Below are positions 9,634-19,242 of a stretch of DNA of 36,937 nucleotides, piece by piece. How positions within the stretch are numbered: position 1 is the stretch's first letter; each line of letters starts with the position of its first letter. The position numbers were made by a program, and so were the translations under genes. The notes under the pieces are model-generated. The model was given only the letters and a program-made list of their open reading frames with translations, made no database searches and was not told the origin of the DNA. The stretch is from a virus (taxonomy: Duplodnaviria; Caudoviricetes): positions 1 to 36,937 of the IMG/VR virus record IMGVR_UViG_3300032301_000136; one strand, written 5' to 3'.

Positions 9634-11507
9634 ATGTTTTGCTGAATCTGAATTGTATCTGGATTCGCTGCCATAATGACCCCGCGAATAGAGAGCTTTC
9701 TGGTAGCAGCCTCAACCTTCATCTTAATATTACGCCACTTTTCGTATGATCTAAGGCTATCCGCCCTTCGCTTTACAACCTTCGCGCTTAGTGTGGCTGG
9801 AAGCACAAACGGAAGGGTCAAGCTGTCAGGAGATGTTGTGTCAACATTCGTGCCAAGAATAATATCGTTACCATCTGTATCCCTGCGAATGCTTATCGTC
9901 GCATTGGTAGATCCAGAATTGAAGAATTCAACCTCGTAGTGCGATCCGTACTTCAGCGCAAAGCGATCATCAAATTCATACGCCTTAGTGACCACCCTGC
10001 TCGTATAGCCAGTACCAAAATCTTGGAACCCTGTATTGATGTCAACTGAATCTGAATCCTTGTAATCCGTGAGGTGACCAACCCTTGAGTTGGTTGTGCC
10101 TATGCAAAGTTTGATTGTGTTTGTAGTGAATCCAGAACTAAAGCTTGTCTCAACCATCCTTGCTGCTGCTACTTCCCACAAGCCTTCAAAGCAATTAAAG
10201 ATTGAGTTGTACACCAATATGTGGCTCGGTTTGGTTGCCGAATCAAGCGGTATGGCGAGAAGATATCGATTGTTATGGAATGTGGCATTGCAAGTATCGA
10301 TATAACTTCTATTGATCCTTGCGATGATGTCCTTAACTGGCTCGCTTATAGTTAGGCCAACTGTCGAGAAATCATCCGCCAAAGACCTTGAGATTGATCG
10401 TATGCCGTCATTCGCCAAGAAGAACACATCCTTGTTTACAAGGGCAACTGACCTTCCTGCGATACAACCGATCCTATTTGAAACTGTCTGAACAGTCCAC
10501 TCCGCTGCACTATTGGTAAGCGACAGTACGCTCGTTCCTGATGTCACAGTTGTGCTTGGCGTGACATTAACAAGGTAAATCTTGTTCCTCTTAAATACGA
10601 TGATTTGGAATCCATAGAAAGGTTGGATTGAAATAATATCTTCACCATCGTCACCGCCAACAATGATTGAATTGGTGGTCTTCCATATCTCTGGATCTAG
10701 AATGTCAGAGGCGTAAAGAGTGTTCCGATCCTCGCCTGTGCCTACTGCGAATAGGCGATTGGTGAATGATTTTATTAGGCGCAGACCAGTAGGGGCTAAT
10801 TGTGTTGAGATTACTCCAGTTGCAGTTGCTGCGGTTCCAGATGATGGTGGTGCTATCGTTATAGTTGGTGCAGATGTATATCCAGAACCACCATTGGTAA
10901 CTGTTATTCCAGTAACAATACCACCTTGTGATGCAGCATAAGATGCAACTGCTGTTGCTGTTGTGCCATAACCCATTTGTGGTGCAGAAACTGTTACTGC
11001 TGGTGCTGATGTATATCCAACACCTGGATATGTAATTGACACAGAAGCAAGTTTTGTTCCCTGCCTATAATTTGTTGCTCCTGTGGTTCCGTTGCTAAAC
11101 TGCAAAAAACTCTGTCCGTCTGCCCAAAATAATTTATTGTTTAGCTGGGCAAACTCAATTTGATTTGTGGAATTTGCAGATGTTCCGCCAGTAGTCGAGA
11201 ACGTACTTGAACCTGTATTGTAAGAATAAAGAGATCCGTTTGTGGCCAGAATAATTGTCTCAACGTTTGGCGTATCGAAATAGAACATGCCTTGAATTGT
11301 ATTGGACGTAGAAAAGCTTGTCGAAACTGTCTCAATGCCCTGGCGAGTCTGAAGATTACCATTGGGCGAGATAGTCATGTTGAGCAGCTCAGAGGCTGCG
11401 TTATCTGCGATCAAGTTTGGCGTAATGCCAGATACCTGGCCACCATCAAAGCTGGGCGTGACAGCTACCGACAGTACATCATCTGTTGCATCCGTGAAGT
11501 ACGGCAT
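9630..11507 (-). CDS. Tail nozzle / P22 gp10-like (tail tubular protein B)
   Basis: Beta-propeller motifs (FAQLNNKLF, FTNRLFA, IGCIAGRSV, VFFLANDG, ILVYN). It follows the adaptor. Confidence 0.8.
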   Translation of the reverse strand: MPYFTDATDDVLSVAVTPSFDGGQVSGITPNLIADNAASELLNMTISPNGNLQTRQGIETVSTSFSTSNTIQGMFYFDTPNVETIILATNGSLYSYNTGSSTFSTTGGTSANSTNQIEFAQLNNKLFWADGQSFLQFSNGTTGATNYRQGTKLASVSITYPGVGYTSAPAVTVSAPQMGYGTTATAVASYAASQGGIVTGITVTNGGSGYTSAPTITIAPPSSGTAATATGVISTQLAPTGLRLIKSFTNRLFAVGTGEDRNTLYASDILDPEIWKTTNSIIVGGDDGEDIISIQPFYGFQIIVFKRNKIYLVNVTPSTTVTSGTSVLSLTNSAAEWTVQTVSNRIGCIAGRSVALVNKDVFFLANDGIRSISRSLADDFSTVGLTISEPVKDIIARINRSYIDTCNATFHNNRYLLAIPLDSATKPSHILVYNSIFNCFEGLWEVAAARMVETSFSSGFTTNTIKLCIGTTNSRVGHLTDYKDSDSVDINTGFQDFGTGYTSRVVTKAYEFDDRFALKYGSHYEVEFFNSGSTNATISIRRDTDGNDIILGTNVDTTSPDSLTLPFVLPATLSAKVVKRRADSLRSYEKWRNIKMKVEAATRKLSIRGVIMAANPDTIQIQQNI

Positions 11508-11511
11508 GGCT

Positions 11512-12462
11512 TTAGATGATCTCTTCTAAACCAAGTTCGCCAAGAGAGGTTGGGGTGATCTGCTTCATTCCGCCAACCTGGCTCAATTCGTAATTCGCCA
11601 TAGAGGCTAGGTCGGTATTGGCAGTCTGAACAACAAGCTGCGCCTTGCCATACTGACGTTCGCGCTCTAGGGCATCGGCATGCGTCAATGCTAATACGAC
11701 ATGACTGACATGCGGAAGGCGGAGTTCGTCACCAATGGCGTTGCTGGTTGGGGGAAAGTCTACAACATAGTTTGAGCGAGTAAGGCATTGGAGTTTTTCG
11801 ATGACCTTTAATGTTGATGTACTGGTTGTATCCAATCCTGGGTAAACATCAATTTCTGCAATACCAGAAGAATTGCGTCCCTTGAAGTAATACGCCTGCG
11901 GTGTCCCAACCCTAGTTGTATCCAAAAGATCCGCATCTTGCGATATAATCGTGGCAAGATCCATTGGAGTAAGTTCATTATCTCCCCAGGCAACGGAAAG
12001 AGGTGTCTCTACGTTTGTGCCTAATGTAACAGTCCTGCTGAGAGTTACCGCTGAATTTGGTGGAGGCAAGTTTCCGTCTTGTTGATACCATGTATCAAAA
12101 CTTGTTGATGTGCTTAAACTATTTCTATATGTATCCAAATCTTGACTTGCATCATAAAGAAACCATGTGCCAGCATTATAATTTATATAGTTTCCATTTC
12201 CACTTGTTGAATTGAATGTATTTGTTCCAAAAGATGTTCTTGAATAAGTTCCATTTGAAGTTGGAGTTCCCGCTCCAGAAATAACAATTTGCGCAACATC
12301 CGTAATCCCATACGTCGAATTTGTAACAGTCTCGCGCCAAGGCGCAAAATTCCAAACGCGACGATAGTTTAGGGCTGCTGCCTTTTGCAGGAACGTGATA
12401 GTATCGGCATCGGTCTTACCAATCTTCTCGCCTGCAAATTGAGCGATTTCGGTGATCGTCAT
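11512..12462 (-). CDS. Head-tail adaptor (tail tubular protein A-like) with inserted domain
   Basis: N-terminal helices ending in W..APW, plus GTPQAYY..VYP and a LPH..LAL C-terminal part. Confidence 0.7.
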   Translation of the reverse strand: MTITEIAQFAGEKIGKTDADTITFLQKAAALNYRRVWNFAPWRETVTNSTYGITDVAQIVISGAGTPTSNGTYSRTSFGTNTFNSTSGNGNYINYNAGTWFLYDASQDLDTYRNSLSTSTSFDTWYQQDGNLPPPNSAVTLSRTVTLGTNVETPLSVAWGDNELTPMDLATIISQDADLLDTTRVGTPQAYYFKGRNSSGIAEIDVYPGLDTTSTSTLKVIEKLQCLTRSNYVVDFPPTSNAIGDELRLPHVSHVVLALTHADALERERQYGKAQLVVQTANTDLASMANYELSQVGGMKQITPTSLGELGLEEII

Positions 12463-13715
12463 TATTTATTGCTCTCAAGCAATTCAACCTTTGCCTTCAA
12501 TTCTTTAATGGCCTGCACAAGTACTGGAATTAAAGTTCCATACGCAGCCTCAAGTTTTTCTGGATTTTCTTGGCTAACCAAGTTAGGGATAACAATTCCA
12601 GTTTTTTCTTGAACCTCAAGAAGTTCTTGGGCAATAAATCCAGAATCAGGCACATTAATTTTTGCCTTATCTCTTGTGTTCCAAACAAAGCTTACTGGTC
12701 TAAGTTTACCAACAAAATCAAGTCCAGCAGCAAGATCTTTTACTTCACTTTTGTCTCGCTCATCGGAAAGCCCTGTGATTGAGGTGACTTGGCAACGAAG
12801 TGTTGCAATAGAACCATTGCCAAGCGTTATTGAATTTGTGGACGTAGCGCTTGCTCCATATGCTGAATTTCCAATAAATGTATTATTTGTTCCAGAAGTA
12901 TTGGAAAATCCAGCAAAATATCCAATTGCCGTATTGAGATTGCCAGTTGTACTCTCTCCCAATGCAGAATATCCAAAAGCACTGTTGTTACTTCCAGAAG
13001 TATTTGCATCAAGGCTTGCAGCTCCAAATGCAGAATTAAATGATCCTGAAGAATTGACGTAAAGAGATAGAGTGCCAAATGCAGCATTAAAGCCTCCGCT
13101 TGTGTTTGATTGCAATGCAAAATTTCCAACTCCAGTATTCAATCCTCCAGTTGTATTGCTGCCAAGCGTGGCACTCCCAAAAGCAACATTAGCTTGGCCT
13201 GCTCCAGATCCAACTGTGAGTCCAGCTATTGATGCGTTGCTGGAGGATGTAAAATTGTTAATAGTTCCAGCGGTAAAATTGCATGAAGTTCCAATGGAAC
13301 CAGAAACTGTCCCAGTATAAGTTCCTCCAGTAAGTATGCCAGTAAGCGTGCTTGCTGTTAATGTTTGGATTGTTCCAGCCGTAAGACTTCTTGCTGTTCC
13401 AATTGATCCAGTAAATGTTCCAGTACTCGAATTGATTAATCCAGAGTACGTTCCACCAGTAAGGTCAGTTGCCAATGTTCCAGCACTTAATGTTTGGACA
13501 GATCCAGTAGTGGTATTGAGCGTAGCAACAGTTCCAGTAGTGCTATTAAACGTTCCAATCGTCCCCCTAGTGCAGGAAAGCGTGCCAATCGTTCCAGAGT
13601 TGATGCTTAATGCGCACTCAGGGTTGATCGTCGCATCCGCAATCAAAGCGTTAAGCTTCGTATTGGTTACTGTGTCGTTTGCACCAAAACTGGTTCCTGC
13701 TGTAAAATTCGGCAT
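12462..13715 (-). CDS. Tail fibre/spike with C-terminal peptidase S74 intramolecular chaperone
   Basis: Thr/Gly beta-helix repeats, N(T/S)A.G repeats, and SDERDK..LRPVSFVW..GFIAQE..LVQAIKEL. Confidence 0.9.
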   Translation of the reverse strand: MPNFTAGTSFGANDTVTNTKLNALIADATINPECALSINSGTIGTLSCTRGTIGTFNSTTGTVATLNTTTGSVQTLSAGTLATDLTGGTYSGLINSSTGTFTGSIGTARSLTAGTIQTLTASTLTGILTGGTYTGTVSGSIGTSCNFTAGTINNFTSSSNASIAGLTVGSGAGQANVAFGSATLGSNTTGGLNTGVGNFALQSNTSGGFNAAFGTLSLYVNSSGSFNSAFGAASLDANTSGSNNSAFGYSALGESTTGNLNTAIGYFAGFSNTSGTNNTFIGNSAYGASATSTNSITLGNGSIATLRCQVTSITGLSDERDKSEVKDLAAGLDFVGKLRPVSFVWNTRDKAKINVPDSGFIAQELLEVQEKTGIVIPNLVSQENPEKLEAAYGTLIPVLVQAIKELKAKVELLESNK

Positions 13716-13723
13716 ATTTTCTC

Positions 13724-13948
13724 CTAGTTGTTCCTATTTTTGATTACGTCCCAAGCCATTGAACATATAAGGCCAATAACGCCAGAAAGGGCTAGTATCT
13801 TAGTCCTTAGATGCTCCAGCGCATTAACCTTATTAGCAATGTCTGCGTAGTTTGCAAGTGACCTTTCGACCATTCCGTAAAGCTGAACCTGACGCTCTTC
13901 CATTCTGGCGAGCTTCAATTCTATGTTCCAAACCTGGTCTTCGCTCAT
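13724..13948 (-). CDS. Small coiled-coil protein with C-terminal TM helix (holin/antiholin-like)
   Basis: LARMEER coiled coil followed by the hydrophobic ILALSGVIGLICSMAW segment. Confidence 0.55.
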   Translation of the reverse strand: MSEDQVWNIELKLARMEERQVQLYGMVERSLANYADIANKVNALEHLRTKILALSGVIGLICSMAWDVIKNRNN

Positions 13949-14067
13949 GGCTTAACTTGGCCTGCGTCAGAGGCTGCGCCCATGTCGCTGTAGCGTGGGA
14001 GAGCATTGTTGTCCTCGTGCTTTGGTGAGCAGGAACACAGCAAGAGAGCGATGAAGAGGAGTGGCAT
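13945..14067 (-). CDS. 40-aa putative lipoprotein (MPLLFIALLLCSCSPKHED...)
   Basis: Not in the ORF track. Lipobox-like LCSC, with TAATG and ATGA overlaps with its neighbours. Confidence 0.7.
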   Translation of the reverse strand: MPLLFIALLLCSCSPKHEDNNALPRYSDMGAASDAGQVKP

Positions 14068-14870
14068 TAGGATAATCCGAGGCCAGTTCCGAGGGTGGTT
14101 TTGTAGAGGTCATTTAATGAGTTTAATTGTGCCTCGCTAATATCTTCACCGCCTAATGCCGTGAATGAAATAGTCCCAGTATATTCAGACCCCATTCTTG
14201 AATAACTGTAGGTGCTTCCTTGATTAAATGTTTGTCCACCTAATGATGCCTTCAATACTTTATCGCGGTAAACAAACATAGACCCGCTAGTAGTTCGTCC
14301 GATTACGGAGTAAAATGTATTTTGAGGCAGATTAGATACAAAAGAAAGTGCTTCTGGGCTTGAAACACCAGAGTTTGGAAGGCCAAAACCACAGTCAAAG
14401 ACGGCATATGCCCCAATAAATAAAAATGGGTTTCTTCTCGTATTGCTTCCAGTATCTTGAACATCAAAAAATCTGTTTGCACCATATCCAGTAATGCTAC
14501 CAATAGCCATCGCCAATTTATTTATACGGCTTGTTGCAATCACATTTGAAAGACTTAAATAGTTGCTTCCATTAAAAGTAATTCCATTAGTGCCCCAAGT
14601 TGGGCTTACATTAAGAGTAGCATCATATATTCCATATCCACCCAAGCTATAGGCAGTTGTTCCAGTTCCAGCATTTTGAGTAGATCGGAGTGGCCAGCTA
14701 ACTATACTGGACCATAAACCTAATTCCTTTATGCCTTTTACAAACGCATTAATCTGCGCTTTGGCTGTAGCATCAGTTACGCCTGCCCTTGTGAAATATG
14801 CAGCAGCATCGCCATCTATTAGGCTAACGCCAGAAACATTCGCTCTTAATCCCAATCCAAGTTGTGGCAT
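14067..14870 (-). CDS. Tail/decoration protein with LamG/concanavalin-like lectin domain
   Basis: MPQLGLGL start, DAAAYF..INAFVKGIK.LGLW module, PTWGTNGITFNGS and a beta-sandwich core. Confidence 0.6.
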   Translation of the reverse strand: MPQLGLGLRANVSGVSLIDGDAAAYFTRAGVTDATAKAQINAFVKGIKELGLWSSIVSWPLRSTQNAGTGTTAYSLGGYGIYDATLNVSPTWGTNGITFNGSNYLSLSNVIATSRINKLAMAIGSITGYGANRFFDVQDTGSNTRRNPFLFIGAYAVFDCGFGLPNSGVSSPEALSFVSNLPQNTFYSVIGRTTSGSMFVYRDKVLKASLGGQTFNQGSTYSYSRMGSEYTGTISFTALGGEDISEAQLNSLNDLYKTTLGTGLGLS

Positions 14871-14883
14871 ATAATTAAATGCA

Positions 14884-14922
14884 ATTCTTCCGCCTCGATC
14901 TATTGAATCGAAGCGGAAGAAT
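14884..14922 (-). terminator. 16-bp stem-loop after the capsid gene block (terminator or processing site)
   Basis: AUUCUUCCGCUUCGAU / AUCGAGGCGGAAGAAU with one G-U pair and a 7-nt loop. The U-tract is weak. Confidence 0.55.
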
Positions 14923-14929
14923 CACAAGA

Positions 14930-15178
14930 TTAGGCAGCGGACTTGTAGGCAAGAACCTTGCCAGTACCGACAGTATACCCATCAAACGCACCATAAATGG
15001 TGAGTCCAGCAGGGATAGTCGTGCCAGTTAGCGTGCCAGTATAGTTTCCACCTAGCGCACTAAACGTGGTATCAGCAAGAGTTTGAATTGCCCAAAAGGC
15101 TCCAGTTTGCGCCGTACCTGTTGAGGTAGTGGCAACAAAGCCATATTCACCCTGGAATCTATCTAATGCGCGTGACAT
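14930..15178 (-). CDS. Small beta-rich structural protein
   Basis: Thr/Gly-rich with TIPAGLTIYG.F, in the structural block. Confidence 0.7.
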   Translation of the reverse strand: MSRALDRFQGEYGFVATTSTGTAQTGAFWAIQTLADTTFSALGGNYTGTLTGTTIPAGLTIYGAFDGYTVGTGKVLAYKSAA

Positions 15179-15378
15179 TAGGGTGAGGTAAACAATGGGA
15201 TCTTATAGTTCGTGCCGTTAACAGTAATGGTCAAGCCATTCGCTGTTGAGGCAGCAGAACCAAAAGTTCCAGTTGTTGCTAGGGTTGTAATATCCCAAAC
15301 CACTGATTGGCTTGAGGTATCAATTCTTAATGCTTTTCCCTTTGCCTTCCGTGGACTTCTTGCAAATTCATTAGCCAT
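15178..15378 (-). CDS. Small structural protein (likely start MANEF at 15378)
   Basis: AAGGAG upstream. The C-terminal TVNGTNYKIPL motif resembles fibre-like proteins. Confidence 0.65.
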   Translation of the reverse strand: MANEFARSPRKAKGKALRIDTSSQSVVWDITTLATTGTFGSAASTANGLTITVNGTNYKIPLFTSP

Positions 15379-15382
15379 ATTT

Positions 15383-15664
15383 TTAATCTCCTTTACGACT
15401 CCAGGCACGTTTCACTTGATCCGCGCTGAACTCGCTTTTGAATCTACTGCCAAGTTTTTGTTCTTGGCGGTAGTACCCCTTCATAATATTTGTTTTATTA
15501 GACCCAAGTGGGTTGTCGAGGGGATCGCCAACACCAACAAGAGCCAAACGTTGTGGGACAGTAAACCGCTTCAGATACTTAGGGACTGAGTCCCTTTCAG
15601 CTACTGACTTTTCCAGTTCAACGACTGAACCATTTCTGGTATCGGTGTACTGGTAAATCGGCAT
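15383..15664 (-). CDS. FmdB-like (MPIYxY) protein lacking the zinc-ribbon cysteines
   Basis: MPIYQY start and head-gene neighbourhood. The protein has no Cys. Confidence 0.6.
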   Translation of the reverse strand: MPIYQYTDTRNGSVVELEKSVAERDSVPKYLKRFTVPQRLALVGVGDPLDNPLGSNKTNIMKGYYRQEQKLGSRFKSEFSADQVKRAWSRKGD

Positions 15665-16035
15665 TAGCTGTAGTTCTCTTCGTCGGCCTGCTTCGCCAGC
15701 TCACGCATTTTGTCCTCTTCAGACATGTTGTCTTGCTGATTATTATCAGATTCGCCTTCCATCATAGCGTCATTGACCTTGATGTGAGCTACTCCGCCTT
15801 TAACCATATGTACAACACCGCTGAGTTCAACGTGATCACCTTCAGAAGGAGGAACATTATCTCCGCCATCATTAACTTCAAGCATTGATAGTGGCAACAT
15901 GACCATACCTTTAGGCATTTTCATTTCTCCACTCATGTCCATTCCTTCTTTCATTTGACCTCCGTTGGAAGAGGCTGGGGAGGTTTTACCCTCCCCAGCT
16001 TTCCGAGGACCCATAGCGATTACTAGGGTTCCCAT
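15664..16035 (-). CDS. Hypothetical acidic Met-rich protein downstream of the capsid gene
   Basis: Clean ORF with a TAATG overlap to the next gene. Confidence 0.7.
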   Translation of the reverse strand: MGTLVIAMGPRKAGEGKTSPASSNGGQMKEGMDMSGEMKMPKGMVMLPLSMLEVNDGGDNVPPSEGDHVELSGVVHMVKGGVAHIKVNDAMMEGESDNNQQDNMSEEDKMRELAKQADEENYS

Positions 16036-16043
16036 TTAATTGT

Positions 16044-17072
16044 TTAGCTGTAGTTCGACTTCGCGAAGATCGCGCGGAAGAACGTAGTATCCAATTGTTT
16101 GGCAGCATAGAACGTCTTGAAAGACGCTACGACACGCTGTCCGTAAGGATCAGATTTATCAGCAGCGTCAAGGATCGTGACCTTCGGTGAGAAGGGCGAG
16201 CCAGAAGCAACGATTGAATTCAGGCTAGGAACTCCGAAAGAGTTTCCACCCAGAATCAAGTTGCCATAGACGGCTTGACCAGCAGTCGAAGCAGAAGCCA
16301 CACCCGCAGTAGCGGTTGCGAACGTCTGAACGTTTGTGCTGGAAACGACCTTACAACCGAACAATGAACCAACTTCACCCTTGAAGATGGCATCAGGATT
16401 CGAGTAGCTCGAAACCTTCAACCAATCGTCATCCTGCTGGAGGTCACGAATGACCGCAGGGTGAGCTACAAGGACGTAAGAATCCTTGATCTTGGGCGCA
16501 CGGCTGATGAACAATGCGGTTACTCCATCGAGCAAATCGGTGGCTGTGATTGCGCTGTTAGCAACAGAGCTGGTTGCGAAGGTCGTGCCGTTCGTGCCAC
16601 TTTGGGCATAACGAGCATAGCTCTTCGTGGCAACGTTTGTGCCAGTCGATGTGGAAGAGTCCTGGATCAGCGCGCGGTGACACAGAGTGTCCGCATGCAG
16701 AGCAGCGTCTTCACCCAACTGTTTGGTTGCCTGGGCGAGGTGGTTAAACAATTCCGTGGCGAGCAAAACGTCCGTGAGGACGATCTGGCTGCCGTACTGC
16801 TGGAGGGTCGCTTCAACAGTAGACAGGGTCAACTGACGTTGATCCGAGCCATCGCTAACAGTCGTTCCTTCAGAGAGGGAAACGATCTTGTCAATCGCGG
16901 GATTATCAAATTTGAAGAAACGGATAGTTTTGTTTCCGCCAGTTTTCGAAGGATACGCCACCTTCATTGCGAATTGCTCCATCTGTAGGAGCGGTAGCGC
17001 ACGTTCCAAGAGCATCTTGGAGAAATACGCCTGGAACTGTGCAGAGACAGATCCTGTAGTTACATTAGCCAT
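16044..17072 (-). CDS. Major capsid protein (N4-gp56-like family)
   Basis: LSEG, QYG....TD, LVAHP....DL, GEVGSLFG.KVV and DKSDPYGQR motifs. It follows the scaffold and has a strong RBS. Confidence 0.92.
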   Translation of the reverse strand: MANVTTGSVSAQFQAYFSKMLLERALPLLQMEQFAMKVAYPSKTGGNKTIRFFKFDNPAIDKIVSLSEGTTVSDGSDQRQLTLSTVEATLQQYGSQIVLTDVLLATELFNHLAQATKQLGEDAALHADTLCHRALIQDSSTSTGTNVATKSYARYAQSGTNGTTFATSSVANSAITATDLLDGVTALFISRAPKIKDSYVLVAHPAVIRDLQQDDDWLKVSSYSNPDAIFKGEVGSLFGCKVVSSTNVQTFATATAGVASASTAGQAVYGNLILGGNSFGVPSLNSIVASGSPFSPKVTILDAADKSDPYGQRVVASFKTFYAAKQLDTTFFRAIFAKSNYS

Positions 17073-17105
17073 TTTATTATTTTCCTTTTAAACAACTAAC
17101 CTATT

Positions 17106-18071
17106 TTACGATCTATCCGCCTCTGCTGCCATCTTCAGCAATTCACGACCTTGCTCCTCCGAGGAGAGTTCGTGAAAAGCTTTGACGCGAGCAGGGCCAG
17201 AAGGTTGACCGCTTGCAGGTGTCGTTGCCTTTCTTAGTTGAGTCAATTCTGACTCATACTTTGCAATCTTCTTTTCCAAGTCAGAGGCAGCGTCCGCCTT
17301 GAGCCTCATCTTTGCCAATCCTACAGCATCATTGATTCCGTTAGGATAGTTCCTAAGAATCGCGTGCTGCTGCAACAATGTCGATACTGCTTTGTAGAGG
17401 TTGGTCGAAGAATCCTTTAATTCTGGATTCGCTTCGACTTCTCGCAAAAGGTTTTGGTCCCAGGAGTTTTTCCATTCTGCCTGTGCCTTCTGCTCGTTCT
17501 CTCTCTTGCCAGCAGTCTCAATCTCGTTGGCTTTGCTTTCAGCGAGTTTTGCAAGATCATCACGGCCTTCGTCACGATAGCTTTTTGCGGCTTCGCGATA
17601 GTCATCCGCGCTAAACTTGCTAGAACTTGCCTCTGTCTTTGCTGGAGTAGCTTCTTGACCAGCCCTTGCAGTCTTGGCTGCTTCAATAGCTTCTCTCTCA
17701 GCCTGGAGTCTTGCACGTTCCGCTTTGACATCGTCCCACTCTTTGGCGAGTCGAGACTGTGCCTTTTGGTACTTGCTTTGCTTCTTTTCGGAAGCTGACT
17801 CTGACTTGGGTTCATCAGATTGCGTTGTTAAAGAGCTTGTTGATGTAGTTTCAGTCTTAGGGACTTCATCTACCACCGCATCGTTCGATGTGGATTTTGG
17901 TTCGGCGTTTTCTGGAGTCGTAGGTTTCTCCAAGTTATCACTACTTTCAACCTCCTGCTTAACTTCTTTAGTAGCCTCAACATTATCTTCTGGTACTTCA
18001 TCTAACCCAGCGTCAAATGCTGCTGCCATCTTCAGCATATCAAGTTCAGTTGGTTCTTTGGAATCCGCCAT
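17106..18071 (-). CDS. Capsid scaffolding protein
   Basis: Acidic disordered N-terminus and coiled coil, directly upstream of the capsid gene. Confidence 0.8.
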   Translation of the reverse strand: MADSKEPTELDMLKMAAAFDAGLDEVPEDNVEATKEVKQEVESSDNLEKPTTPENAEPKSTSNDAVVDEVPKTETTSTSSLTTQSDEPKSESASEKKQSKYQKAQSRLAKEWDDVKAERARLQAEREAIEAAKTARAGQEATPAKTEASSSKFSADDYREAAKSYRDEGRDDLAKLAESKANEIETAGKRENEQKAQAEWKNSWDQNLLREVEANPELKDSSTNLYKAVSTLLQQHAILRNYPNGINDAVGLAKMRLKADAASDLEKKIAKYESELTQLRKATTPASGQPSGPARVKAFHELSSEEQGRELLKMAAEADRS

Positions 18072-18089
18072 GTTGACCCTTTCTTTACA

Positions 18090-18120
18090 CCGCCACTCAG
18101 GGAGTCATTCTGAATAGCAG
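18090..18120 (-). promoter_or_regulatory. RNA hairpin in the scaffold leader
   Basis: CUGCUAUUCAG / CUGAGUGGCGG is an 11-bp stem with three G-U pairs, so it pairs fully only on the minus strand. Confidence 0.5.
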
Positions 18121-18121
18121 G

Positions 18122-18445
18122 TTAATCGACAGCAGGTTCATCGGCCCCATCCCTGCTGTCGAGGATGGGCGAGTTTTGTTTGGGGCTGCATAACGACTCA
18201 ATTGTCGCCACACAACCTCGAAATCCTTTAGCATATCCACAAGCCTCTGCAAGTGAGTTCGCATCTTTCTCTACTGCGGAGGCATTTTGGCGCAAGGTAA
18301 GGTTAAGAAGTATCAGTCCAAGCTTCTTGCCAGTTAAGCTGCCAAGGAATCCAGTTAACGCTCTTTCATCCTCCGCTTCCCACTTAGGCTCGTCTACCCA
18401 CTCCTGGTGGCGAATAAAAGCTAGGATTGCGCGTAGTTTTCTCAT
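18122..18445 (-). CDS. Hypothetical head-module protein
   Basis: Clean ORF in the usual small-gene slot between portal and scaffold. Confidence 0.75.
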   Translation of the reverse strand: MRKLRAILAFIRHQEWVDEPKWEAEDERALTGFLGSLTGKKLGLILLNLTLRQNASAVEKDANSLAEACGYAKGFRGCVATIESLCSPKQNSPILDSRDGADEPAVD

Positions 18446-19242
18446 TTTATATCTTCAATAGAAAACGCAACATTGTAAATATAGTCGCTTTCAACTTTTT
18501 CATCATCTTTGAGTTCAATTGGTTTTGGAAGATCAAGTTTCCAACATCTGTACCCAATATCAGACATGATTTTACGTAAATCAGTATAGCTAAATCCCAT
18601 CTGTTTTAATCCAAATTCATTTACTTCTGCTACTACAATTGGATGATCTCTTTTAAGTAAATTCTGCATTCCTTTCAAAACAAGTACTTCTGCCCCCTCT
18701 GTGTCAATTTTTATTAAATTTACCTTGCGATTGCTGTCAAAATAATCATCAATTGCAATTGAATAAGAAATTATGCTTTTAGGATTTTCCTTGCTTTTAA
18801 TATTAAATTCATGCTTACCGCAATCCCACAATGAATGTCCTCCGTCATTATCGATGTTATTAAAAAATTCAATTACACCTGATTTATCCGAGATAGCCCA
18901 ATTGTGTGGAACAATGTTCTTTGATTCATTTATTCTTATGTGGGCAAGCAAGTGAGAGTAATTAAAATTATTCATTTCAAATGAATAAACTTTACCAAAA
19001 TCTCCAACTATTTTTGAGGATACAATGCTGAAAAATCCTATGTGCGCCCCAATATCAAGAAAGGTGTCTCCATTTCTTAGATTTTTTGATATAAAATCAA
19101 ATGTTTCTCCCTCATACATTTGCCCATGCTCAAAATGCACGCCTATGTGCTTTTGGCTGAATTGAGAATAATCCAATACAAATTTTACGGATTGTCCATT
19201 ATCGCTAGACGGAAGCTTGAATTCAAATTGCTTCATTTCCAT
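18442..19242 (-). CDS. FkbM-family SAM-dependent methyltransferase (start uncertain, 19242 or 19236)
   Basis: FLDIGAHIG, VYSFE and LIKIDTEGAE motifs. The gene is visibly AT-rich. Confidence 0.9.
   Translation of the reverse strand: MEMKQFEFKLPSSDNGQSVKFVLDYSQFSQKHIGVHFEHGQMYEGETFDFISKNLRNGDTFLDIGAHIGFFSIVSSKIVGDFGKVYSFEMNNFNYSHLLAHIRINESKNIVPHNWAISDKSGVIEFFNNIDNDGGHSLWDCGKHEFNIKSKENPKSIISYSIAIDDYFDSNRKVNLIKIDTEGAEVLVLKGMQNLLKRDHPIVVAEVNEFGLKQMGFSYTDLRKIMSDIGYRCWKLDLPKPIELKDDEKVESDYIYNVAFSIEDIK

Noticed and set aside
12462-14870. Diversity-generating retroelement or invertible tail-fibre cassette
   Set aside because: No reverse transcriptase, recombinase or template/variable repeat pair was seen.
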